Shown here in pieces: positions 15,262 through 26,735 of a stretch of DNA of 64,000 bases. How positions within the stretch are numbered: position 1 is the first letter of the stretch; every line of letters starts with the position of its first letter. This DNA comes from Vicugna vicugna. Its lineage: Eukaryota. The notes under the pieces were generated by a model. It saw only the letters and a program-made list of their open reading frames with translations, was not told the DNA's origin and searched no databases. The position numbers and the translations under genes are program-made. The stretch lies in assembly GCA_013265495.1 (NCBI GenBank), contig MU058584.1:5670407-5734406 (forward strand), read 5' to 3'.

Positions 15262-16900
15262 TCTTTTAAATTGAGGTAATATTTACATAATGCAGTATTA
15301 TCCATTAACCAGATTTAAATGTACAACTCAGTTGTATTAGTATATTTGCAGTGTTGTGCAACCATCACCTCCGTCTAGTTCTAAGCATTCCACCACCCCC
15401 AGAGGAAACTTGCACCCATTAAGCAATCAGCCCCTATTCTCCCCTTCCCCCATCCCCAGGCAAACACTAATGTACTTTCTGTCTCTATGGATTTAGCTCT
15501 TCTGGATGTTTCACACAAAGGGAATCATATAATACGAGACATTTTGTGTCTGGCTTCTTTCATTTAGCATAACATTTTCAAGGCTCACCGAAAGGAACCT
15601 TGAAATGCTGCCTTTGTAGCATGTACCAGTATGTTACTGATTGGGTCGGGACTCTCAGCTTGAAAGCCAATACTTGAGGGGCATGTTTTGGTTGGGGTCG
15701 GAGGACAGGTGGGACTCGTGTCCAGAGACCAACTCCCCTCCTGCCAATCAGTGGGCAAGAGCTTTTAAATGGGAGTTTCCGGGGTATATAGGCAGAGGGA
15801 AAGGGCTACATGCAGAGCAGCAGACAATCATCTTGAAGTTCGTCCTGTGGTGGTCTGAACAGCAGCATCTTGATTGTTTTAAATACAGTTAATCTTCAGT
15901 TCCAAGGTTGGTTGGTTCCCATTTCTTTGAGGCCAGTTCTCAGAACTGTGGCAGCTTTTGTCATAGCTACAGCCTGGTCATCATGCAATTAACGTCTTCC
16001 ACCCGGTGGGGCTTTCAGTATCTACAAGACACCACAAAGGATGTGGCTCAGAGTATTATCTACAGCCCTTGAGGAGGAACTAAAGGTCCTTGACCTTATT
16101 TAATGACTGAACTATTATCATTTTGTTTTGCTTGACCATTTCCCTTTGTTTCTGTATTTTCTTAATACTTCTCTGATTAAACTTATTCTTCGACTGAGTT
16201 TTTCTCCAGACAAGAGGCAGGTGGAGAACCCAGGCAGGGGTGTGTCTGTCCTGGGAAGGCCCCATAGGGTCCTGCTCCATTTCAAGTACTCCATGCTTTC
16301 TATGGCTGAAAAATATTCTGTTTTATGTATAGAAATAATTTTGTTTATCCACTTATCAATTGATGGACATGGTTGCTTTATTTGCTACATGAATAGCACT
16401 GCTATGAACACTTGTGTATGTTTGAATAGTTAGTTTCACTTCTTTTGGGTAAATAGAAGTGGAATTGCCAAATCACTTTGTAATTCTATGTTCAGCTATT
16501 TGAGGAACTACCAAACTGTTTTCCACAGAGCCTGCACATTTAACATTACCGCTGGCAATGTATGAGGATTCCAGTTTCTCCACATCTTTGCCAACCCTTG
16601 TTATTTTATTTTTTAAAAATCCATCATAAGGGTGTGAAATGGTGTCTCATTGTGGTTTTGATTTGCATTTCCCTAATGACTAATAATGTTGAATATCTTT
16701 TCATGCATTTGTTAGCCATTTGTATATCTTCCTTGGAGAAATGTTTATTCAGGTCTTTTGTACACTTTATAATTGGATTGTTTATCTTTTTATTGCTGAA
16801 GTATAATAATTCTTTATATATTCTGGAGAATAGAGCCTTATCTGTATAAGATAAGCAGATATTTTTGCCCATTCTGTATGGGTAAATATCCATCCTAGAG
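15262..16900 (-). mobile_element. Old LINE-1 (L1M-type) 3' fragment, split by a nested LTR
   Basis: L1 3' motifs at 15262-15630 and 16290-16900; ORF2 C-terminal remnant [42 protein letters not shown]. Confidence 0.85.
15632..16284 (-). mobile_element. Solo LTR, ERV1-class, nested in L1
   Basis: TG...CA termini with a perfect 4-bp target duplication AGTA (15628-15631, 16285-16288). Orientation is inferred from a TATA-like element on the minus strand near 15786-15791. Confidence 0.85.
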
Positions 16901-16907
16901 ACATTTT

Positions 16908-17412
16908 CCTCTATACTCCAACTTAATGATTGTTCAACGGAATGATTTTTCAACTTTATGATGGTATGAAAGTGATAAGGATTCAGTAGAAACCATACTT
17001 CAAATTTTGAACTCTTAGCTTTTCTGGGGTTGGCGATGTTTGGAATGATACTCTCTTGTGATGCTGGGCTGTGGCAGCAGCCACAACTCCAAGTCACCAC
17101 GTGATCACCATGAGGGTGAACAACTGATACACTTACAGCCATTCTGTAGCCATACAACCATTATCTTTCATTTTTAGCACAGTATTTAATAAATCACATG
17201 AGATGCTCAACACTTTTATTATAAAATAGGCCTTGTGTGAGATGATTTTGCCCAACTGTAGGCTACTATAAGTGTTCTGAGCATGTTTAAGGTAGACTAG
17301 GCTAAGCTATGATGTTTGGTAGGTGTATTAAATGCATTTTTGACTTACGATATTTTCAACTTACAATGGGGTTATTGGGACATAACCCCATTGTAAGTTG
17401 AGGGAGAGCTAT
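16908..17412. mobile_element. MER47/Tigger5-like TcMar-Tigger element
   Basis: tgacttacgatattttcaacttacaatggggttattgggacataaccccattgtaagttgag end motif; subfamily name by recall. Confidence 0.7.
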
Positions 17413-17884
17413 ATATAAAAGTCTGAGGGAATGTGTGTTTTGCAAAAAGTAGAATTACATTATGCATTCTTTTGAATCTTGCTTTTTCTCACTCACGAAT
17501 AAATAAGGTTAAACTGTAAAATTCTTTCTAGTGTTCCATTGTGCGAGTGTACTATAATTTATTCAGCTATTCTCTTTTATAGTCATTTACTCGGTGCTTA
17601 CTTTTTTGGTCACTACTAACAGTGCTGCAGTTGCCATCCTTGTACAATATATGTCTATGTATTGTTTGTTTCATTTTATGGGATTTATTCCAGGAGTGGG
17701 ATAACTGGATCAAAGAGTTATATATTTCTTATTTTAATAGGCATTGTTCAGTCGCTTTCCGTAAGAGCTATAATAACTTACATTTTCATTAGCCACTTAT
17801 CAGAGTATTCTTTTTACACTGCATACTTGCCAACAACAGGTGTAATCAGGCTTTAACATTTTTGCTAGTCTGATAGGTGAAAAT

Positions 17885-18123
17885 CAGTGGTTCTCAACCT
17901 GCAATGATTTTGCCCTCTGCACCCCCAGTGCCAGGACACTTGTCAGAGTCTGGAGATATTTTTGATTGTCATAACTGTTAATCATAGCTGGGGGTAGGTG
18001 CCAATAGCTTCTAGTGGGCAGAGCCAGAGGTTCTGCTAAATGCCCTAAAATACTCCAGGCAGCCCCCACAACAAAGAGTTATCCAACCTAGAATGTCAAT
18101 AGTTCTGAGGTTGAGAAACTCTG
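17885..18123 (+). mobile_element. MER20-like hAT-Charlie element
   Basis: cagtggttctcaacc...ggagatatttttgattgtcataact...gaggttgagaaactctg. Confidence 0.8.
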
Positions 18124-18369
18124 TTATAAAGTGATACCTCATTTTACCTTCAGTTTGAAAATCTTTATAGATGAATTTGAGCATCTTTCCACATGTTTGT
18201 CAGGTATTTGGATTTACTCTTCTGTAAAGTACCTGTTCATGTCCTTGGTTTATTTTTCTTTTGGTTGTTTATTCCTCTTACCAATTTATAAGAGCACTTT
18301 ATGTTTTATGAACTTTTTATTTGTCCTCTTAATTGCAAGTATTATTTTTCAAATATATTTTTTATTGAC

Positions 18370-18950
18370 AACATGAAACAAGATTTGAACAAATGGTCAC
18401 ACATACTATAAACTTGGATAGGAAAACAACATCATAAAAATATCCCTTTCCCCAAAGTTAATTTATAACTTTAATGCAGTTCCAATTGGAATCCAAAAAT
18501 ATTCAATTAAGAATCTAAAACTATTTTAAAATTCATATATAATAATAAATGTACCAGAATGGCCAATAAAATTTTGCAAAGAAAGACTAGTAAGGGGTAC
18601 TTGCCTCACCAAATGTCAGAACATACTTTAAAAGCTCTAGAATCAAATCAAGTTCATAATATAATTGAAATAGGCAAATATATAAGTGAAACAGACCAGG
18701 GAATCCAGAAATAGGGTTCACTATATATAAAAATTTAATAATTAACAACTGTTTTGTTCAGTTAAATGAAAAAAATAATTTAATAAATATTACTGGCAAA
18801 ACTATTCATCCACATGAAGGAAATTAAATTGGGGACAATTTTATACCATATGGAAAAAGGAATTCCAAATATAGAAATAATTTAAATTTAAGTAATAATA
18901 ATCTTCCCCCCAAATCTAGGTGACTACATGTATATTCCAGGTGATAAAGA
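18370..18950 (+). mobile_element. Old L1 ORF2 remnant
   Basis: Degenerate L1 motifs (ttggataggaaaac, ccccaaagttaatttataactttaatgcagttccaat, gaatccagaaata). Confidence 0.6.
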
Positions 18951-20839
18951 AACCCTTTAAAAATAGAAATGCACTAATATAAGATAAAATATAAAAAATA
19001 TAAAGAGAATGGTAAAATGATTATATTTATTCACTTGACCTCTTTGAAGAGATTGCTGGACTGAGAACAGAGAACTTTTTGTCTTAATCTCTTGTTTTTC
19101 TGGCACAGCATCTGACTAGTTGAAGGAGCTTAATGAATCTTGGTGAATGAATGTTCCTGTATAGATCATTGATTCTAATCCCTTGAGTGACCCATTTCAA
19201 AAACCTCCAGGACAGCTTCTGAGCAAGCGGTGACCTACAAAGCATGCCAGTCAAACATTTAGAATCTATGGTGTAGTAGCACAGGTAGGAAAGGAAGATA
19301 GATTCATACCCATTGTGTGGAATATAGAACTTTAGCACAAAAGGGAGAATTAAGATCAACTTGTCTATTGCATTACTTCCCAGAGGAAGACTCCAAGTTA
19401 CAGAGAAGTTAGATATGATATGATGAAATTGGAAACATGCCTGTTGGCCCAATTCAAACTTTGTTCTACAATAGAAAGAATGATGTAATTCAGAAAAACA
19501 AGTAAAATCAAAGACTCTTAATTTTGGAAGAAATATCGAGGCTGAGGCCAAGAAATGTAAATCAGTTTACCAAGATCACCAAGAGAATTAGAAGCAAACT
19601 CAAAACAGTCTTTGATTGTGCAGACTCACAGTCCAGTATAATCCTCCATGTCATGAAGTATTTTATATTCTCTGCTAGTTAATAATTTTTTACTTTTCAG
19701 TATAGCACACCACAGAGCAGTTCTACTGGAAAAGAGAGTATTGAAATACCTTTCAAATGTATTTATTAGAACTTGCATTCTTACTTCATTCCTATAAGTA
19801 TGGTAGGTACAAACAGACATTTTCCTTGGTTTATAAATTGGAACACTGAGTGACAGGGAACCTCAGTCCTTCTAAGGCATTTATTCCCTCAACATGAGTT
19901 TGAGAGCCTATTGTCCAAAGCCTTGTACTTGATGCCACAGAAAACAATGGTAAGACAGTCCCAGCCTTGAAGTGCTCATATGAAGAATCAGCAGTGAATC
20001 AGTCATACTCTAGACTCTGCCCCTGAAATGCCCCTAAATTGATGACCTGTGTCATAAACAGAAGCATGTTGTGTCCTGACAGTAATCATAGACTAAATGA
20101 CTGCTGTGCTATGCAGTAAAAGGCCAACTCAGCTCACGAGTGACTTTCCTGCCTGTTTCTTGAATACTTGACCCAGAATTGTGTATGTAGTCATGGAGAC
20201 ATCGCCTTGCAGCTGAGCCGAGTCATGGAGCAGCCCATCCAAAGGGTTGCCTATTCATCAGCCAGCTGGGCCTGTGTGGGCGGGGATGTGATCCTGTGTA
20301 GACGAGGCATTGCCGCACCAGCAAGGCCCTTTGGGAAAGTGCTCAGTGTTTGCCCAGTACTGACTTTGTGGAAGCATTCCTCCCTCCTGCCTCTGCCTGT
20401 CTCCTGCCATCCTTTGACATCTAAACTGGAATGCTGCCACCACTCACCAATTTAAAAAATTCCACCCACCCTGTGTGAAAAGTTAGTACATCATACGAGA
20501 ACAAATCTCTTGTTAACCACAACTCAAATATCATTAAACCTCTACCTTTGTCCTCTGACTTGCATTTATTTGATTGTTAGTTTTCTTGCCTCTAGTCTCT
20601 CCCTAGCCCAGGCCAATTTCCACACCACAGTCAGAATAATCTTCCTAGAATCAAATATTACCCTTGTTATTAACTCTTGACTGTTTAAGAATTTTGAGTG
20701 TTTACTGAATAAAGGCAAAATTTCTTCTTTCTGACTTTTGCTAACCCTCCAGCCTCATTCTTCACTACTGGTGCAGGCACTCCCTGTGTTCAGCTATATG
20801 CTGCTCACCAATTTCTCAGGATGCTACTCAGATATCTGT

Positions 20840-21535
20840 TTCCTCCATCACTACAACCCTAGTCCAATCCATTGCCATTTCTTCTCCGAGATGCCACCCT
20901 AGACCCTTACCTTGTTTTTCTGACCACGGTTTTCCCCGGACTGTAGTCTATTTGCACAGCAGCTGGAGTGATCTTCCAAAAGCCTGAATCAAATCATGCC
21001 ATTCTTCTGCTGAAATCCCTCCAATGGCTTTCCCATTCCATTTGGAATTAAATCCTAAGAAACTGGCCTGTAAAGCCCTACCTGATATACTTACTCTACC
21101 TTGGTATATCTCTGTCCTCATCTCTTCTGACTCTCAACCTTCCCACTCTGGGCCAGTCACGCTGGCTTCATTATTATTCTTTGTATGCACCAAGCACATG
21201 CCCACCTCAGGACCCTTGTACTTGCTGTCCCTTTGCCTGGAACAGTCTCTTCCTAGATACTTGCTTGATGTCCCCTCTCACAGCTTTCAGATTTCACCTT
21301 GTCCTTTAAAATAGCATGTGGTCTTATCCTGGGACCACTCTGTCTCTCTTCCCTGCTTTATTCATCTTAGTACTCACCCCCTACTTGCAATATTATATAT
21401 TTCTTTATTTACTTGCTTATTTCCTATAATAAGCATTAGAACGAGAGTTCTATAAAAGCAGTGACTTTATTTTTGTTTGCTGCTCCAGAACAGTACCTGC
21501 CAACAATAGGATCTCAATTTGTTGAATGAATGAAA
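20840..21535 (-). mobile_element. L2 LINE remnant
   Basis: ccctccaatggctttccc...ctcaggacccttgtacttgctgtcc...cagtacctgccaacaataggatctcaatttgttgaatgaatgaa. Confidence 0.7.
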
Positions 21536-24500
21536 TGTCAGTTCCTCTCTGCACACTTCCCTAACACCTCCAAGTTTTCTCTGTTCCATTGGAGCTACAC
21601 ATATGCCTCTACTATAGCTATCACATTTTATTGTAACTTTTGTCTCTAACCCCTTCCTAGCCCATAAAATCCTCAAAGACAGATGTTTGCTCATCTTCAT
21701 ATTCTTCCTGGCACCCAGCACTAATCTGGTAAAAAATGTATAGAATGAATGAAGGTGGAAGAAACAGAATGATACAGCTGCACTGCAGATTTTAGGGTGG
21801 ACATGTATGAGCCATTTATTAATCCCATCTTCAGAAGCCTATACTGGGTCCAAATGCAGGTATTTATTTCAATACAGATGCCTAAGGCAAAAATGTAAAA
21901 ACAATTACCTTCCGGCCTACCTTATTTCTCAAATTTTGCTCCTAAGGACTTTTGGCCTTTGTTGGATGGTGATTACACCTGAAGCTAATGTGTGACAGTT
22001 CTAACATGAAGGTCATGTCACAAATACCAATCTCTTATGCAATTCAATGAGCAAATTAAATTAATGATCTTAGGAACAAGACTTTAATCACCTGGCTGGA
22101 TGGCACAGATCTATGGACCTCATACACACTCCAGGAGCCAATCTAAGGATAAAACTTAACAGTAGGAAAGAGCACTGGTTCAGGAGTTGAAAGCCCAAAG
22201 TTGTAGCTCAAGTTTTTCTACAAACAGGATCCAGGACTTTGGATAAGTGACTGCACCTTGCTTCTTGGGTTTGTCTAATGAAGGGGTTGGGACTAGATGA
22301 GCTCCAAAAGCTTTTCCAGCTTCAAAGATCTAGCAGTTGATTCAGCTAGGAGACTGTACCCAAGTGGCAGGAATAAACTGAGTCTGGGAAAGGAATATAT
22401 CTTGTGTTTTGCAAAGGGAGGGTATATGGACAGAGTCTGACACCTGGCAGAGCCTGGAACCAAGCCTCAAATTCCATTTGCACACCCAATTCTATTGTGA
22501 CAACTGCCTTCCTCAACCTTACAGCATTGATGGAAGAGGAGGAGAAGACGGGAGGAGATGGTTTAAGTAATATGTGTAGCTGAGAAGGGGTTAATCAGGA
22601 GACTGCAAACCTGCCAGCGTTCTGGTGGTTGTCTTAGCTCTGCTGTTGGATTTTTCTCTGAGAACTCCAATTAATGTAGCCCGGCATTCAGGGTGTGCTC
22701 TTTGGAAGTTCCCAGGGACTTCTGGAGATTGCAGCCTTGTGAGGTGGCAGCCCTGAAAGTCCTGTCTGTGACTCAGCTGAAGAGCCTCCTCATGTCTGAC
22801 AGACCAGACAGGGGTTTCACCTGAGGTCAGAATGGCCTGGACTATTTAGCCAAACCAGGTGGTGAAATAATTTATTTTCCAATATAGTTGATCTTTTTCA
22901 AAGAATGAGTAGAACTTTTTAGAAAAATGTGTTAAGTCCTGTAAATAAAAGCACATAGTCTCTTCCAGCAGTCTCCCAAAAGAGCATTCGCAGTCACATG
23001 TGAATGAGTCATAAGTTAGGAAATCCTGAATGAACTGAAATTAAGGGTGTGTTGATTTCTTTTGTCTAACATTCATTCATGGCAACATAATCTACCAAGG
23101 AATAGATGGAATGCTTTATGAGATTCCCACAGCCACAGGGTCAGTCCACATCTATTAAAATGTTTCTGTGTCACTCTCCTCCTGCCCCTTGACAACGTAC
23201 TAACACACACAAACACACAATCACACACTTATTTTCTCTTCTGTCATTTGTTTATGTATGTATTCACTATCTGGTTTGGTGAAGTATTTTAAAATACTCT
23301 AGAATACTTTAAAATTAAGGGCTCAAAACACTTTATGTAGTCTACCTAGATAGAAGATATGAGTAAGGAAATGCTCTTCCCAATTGTTTATCTGAATACT
23401 AATTCAGAACCTCCTGTCCAGGTTCTCGTAACACCAAAGTCCCATTAAGATGTTTACCTTTTATTTCCTCCCTATTCTGAGGGTGAGTTTTTTTTTTCTG
23501 GAATCATTACTAACAGAGAGGATGTTTTCAGTTCTTGGTGAGGTATTCAGGTATAGGGGATATGACTGTTCAAGCCACATGTGCTTGTGCTAGGCCCTTG
23601 TCATCTCCTGCCTGATAAATAATTTCTGGTAGTTAGATACATGACTCCTCTCCCACTAACTGTGGCCGATTTGTGATCAGAACCCAAATGTGGTCTTCCA
23701 CTTACTTACTTACTTACTTTGTAATCCACTTACTTACTTTGGTGGTTTTTAGCATAGGAGTTGTACAATAGATGTTTGTTGGCGGACCAGACCTCACGAG
23801 GTAGACTTCCAACCTTCATGAATGCTTATTTACATCACAAGTAATATAACATCACACTTAGCTATAACTAAAGTATTCTATGTCCATAGCCCACTTCTTC
23901 TGTTTTGATGTGAGGATCTATTTTGATTTCAGGTAGAACCAACTTAAAGGATGCTAAGGACCACAAGGGGGAAAAGGCCTATCTCTGTATTAGGGTTTGA
24001 ATGTCCTTTAAGGAGAGCACTTATGCTCTTGCCTATAACTCATACCAATTTATATCTCTAACCTTACCTTCTCTAGCTCTCCACCTGTGATAAAGAACAG
24101 AAGCTCTTCCTACTTTGAAATACAAGAGGACCTACAGATTTAGGATACTGTGTCTGATGGTCCACCAAGTACTCTGTGCCTTAATTTCTTATTCTGCAGG
24201 GGGCGGCTTGGTTGGCAGTACTTTGATGTGCCCCTAGCAAGGAGGACAGGGGCTTCACACAGGATAAAGAAATGCATGAAACTTGTGAGCAGCTGGTCGT
24301 TCTGATCCCTTAACTCTCCACTCCACCCTACCTGAAACCTCTTTACCTGGGTTATTATTTGAAGAGCTCAGTGGTGAGGTGCATCAAACAGGCATGGGTG
24401 TAGGGTCCACCCCTCACCACACCTTTTGGCAACCTTGGGCAAGATACCATCCCCTTTTAGGGCTCAGTTTTGTCAAGAAAAGTGTAGATAATAACACCTA

Positions 24501-24576
24501 CTTCTTAGGGTGATTGGGAGGATTAAATAAGATACTGTGCACAGTACTTAGCACAAAGCTGATTTTAAAAAATGAG

Positions 24577-24765
24577 GGAGGGAGCGGGTATAGCTCAAGT
24601 GGTAGAACGCAAGCTTAGCATGCACAAGGTCCTGGGTTCAATCCCCAGTACCTCCTCTAAAAAATAAATAAATAAAACTAATTACCTCCCCACCAAAAAA
24701 AAAAAAAAAAAAAAAAANNNNNNNNNNNNNNNNNNNAAAAAGGTAAAATGAAGAATGTAAAATTT
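24577..24765 (+). mobile_element. tRNA-Ala-derived SINE (camelid Vic-1 type)
   Basis: gggtatagctcaagtggtagaacgcaagcttagcatgcacaaggtcctgggttcaatccccagtacctcc (A and B boxes, tRNA-Ala(AGC)-like), AT-rich tail and poly-A, flanked by aaaaatgag direct repeats. Confidence 0.9.
24718..24736. other. Assembly gap (19 N) inside the SINE poly-A tail
   Basis: Run of N. Confidence 1.
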
Positions 24766-25964
24766 TTAAAAATGAGATCTACAATTATTCTAAGTACCAT
24801 CATGGGTCAGCTTCCAAGTACTTAGGAGAGACCCAGATACAGTAGAAACTCTTTTAATGCATGTGCAGGTAGCAGATTTTTGAATTTAGCATTTGTTTAT
24901 TTTTTTTCAGAGACTGGAGTATATTTATGAGCAGAGGGAAAAGGAATAGAAAAGATTCAGGGTTAAAAATTTTTTAATCTTTTTGAGGTATAATTTTCAT
25001 CCAATAAAATCATCCATTTTAAGTGTATAGTTCAGTAAGTTTTGACAAATATATACAATCATATGTTTACCACTATGAGATTCAGAGGTCTGCAGGGCCT
25101 CTGAGGTCAGGGAGCTCCTGGGTCTAGAACTGAAATGCAGGGTTTGGCCTTGACTAAGAAAGAGGGAGATTTTTTTCCCCACTCAGGAGGGAGGTGAGGT
25201 AGATGGATACGGAGAGAAATAGGCACTGGGTAGAGGTGGATGTGACGTTGAAAACACTGCCTAATGTTGTCTATTTGTCCTGTATAGTAGGAGGCTAGGT
25301 ATGTGCTGAGACAAAGATAAACAGGAATGGGACAGGTTCCCCCACAGAGTATTAAAGTTTGAAATTGCTTATGTGAGGGGTAGCTGACAAGAAACATGAT
25401 GGAGTTGGCCCAGTTCAGCAGGCCTGACTGTGAGCTACAGCCTGGCCATGGGGAATGCAGGGGTGAGACCAATCCAAGGTTGGGGATTTCCCGGGGCACG
25501 GGCACGGGGAGGAGGGACAGAAGGACGGAGGCAAGAGTATTCTGAGGGCTGTGTAGCGCTGCTGAACCACGGTACTGGCTGCTTAGAGAAGGAAGGTAAG
25601 CCAATAGGGATCGAGATGCAGGAGATAGTGGAGGGGATAAGAGAACAGGAGGCCTCAATGAAATCAAAGACTGAGTTGGGTAGACATTTACCAGATCCAC
25701 AAGGAATTTCTGGCCTGTGGGGTTTAACATTCCACAGGAGGACCTGCTCTGAGAGATGACAAGTTTCAGGTGGTATTCATAGGCATTGTCTACTGAAGTA
25801 GAGTGGAATGCAAAGTCATCTGGTAACCACTGGTAGGAAACACACAAAAGAGGATCATTTAGACAGTTGCTAAGTGCTTTTAAAAAGTGTTGCCCGTGTT
25901 TCACTGGGGAGGATTTTTACCCATAGTCTTTGGGTGAGCAGCTGTTACATTGTGCACTGTCCTA

Positions 25965-26735
25965 TCCATAAGCAAATCCTGTTGTCTTAAAATATATCCA
26001 GAATCCAACCACGTTTTACCACCCTAATTACTGTCACTTGTATGGATATCTGCAATTGCATCTAAATTGGTCTTTCTATGAATATCCTTGTACCCCTGTA
26101 GTCTGTTCTCAATACAGCAGCCAGAAAGATTCTTTTAAAGCATAACTCACACCATAGCACTTTCTGTTCAAAACTTGCAAGTAACTTCCCATCTTATTCA
26201 GCAAAAAAAAAAAAAAGGGGGGGGGGAGCTTTCTAAACCTCTGCAGCCACCCCCTTGCACCCGCACTTCTTCCCACCCATTTTACTCTCTGAGAGCATCT
26301 TCTCTCCTCCTTGCTCAGTCAGCTTCAGCCTCATTGGTTTCCTTGCTATTCCTGGATCATTCCCTGCATGGCTTTATTGCAGGATGTTTTCATTCACCGT
26401 TTCTACTGACTGCTAATTTTTCCTTCCATGTATCTGTGTCGCTTACTTCCTCACCTCCCCTGGTCTTTGCTTAAATGTCACTTTTCTCTATAGGGCCTTC
26501 CTTGACCATCCTATTTAGTATTGACCTTCTCCTTTCTACACATACCTCGTTCCCTCCTCTGATTAATTTTTCCCGTAGGACTTATTGTCTGACATCCTAT
26601 ATGATTTTCTTATTGTTGATTTTCCATCTCTTTCAACGTGACAGTAGATGCCATTAGAGTAGGAATTTTGTCCATTTTCTTCTCTTCAGTACCTAGAACA
26701 GTGCCTGGCACATAATATGCAATCAGTGAATTGAC
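25965..26735 (-). mobile_element. L2 LINE remnant
   Basis: aaatatatccagaatccaacc...cagcagccagaaagattctttt...cctagaacagtgcctggcacataa. Confidence 0.7.

Noticed and set aside
23698..23740. (CTTA)n short tandem repeat with local duplication
   Set aside because: Ordinary microsatellite; no evidence of function.
24581..24656. Apparent tRNA-Ala gene (also 54074-54145)
   Set aside because: Stem mismatches, a shared SINE tail, poly-A and TSD show these are SINE heads, not tRNA genes.
25107..25904. 265-aa minus-strand ORF (and the 109-aa plus ORF at 25430-25759)
   Set aside because: No recognisable domain, non-ATG start, and low-complexity S/L/P composition from purine-rich sequence that resembles an old L2 remnant.
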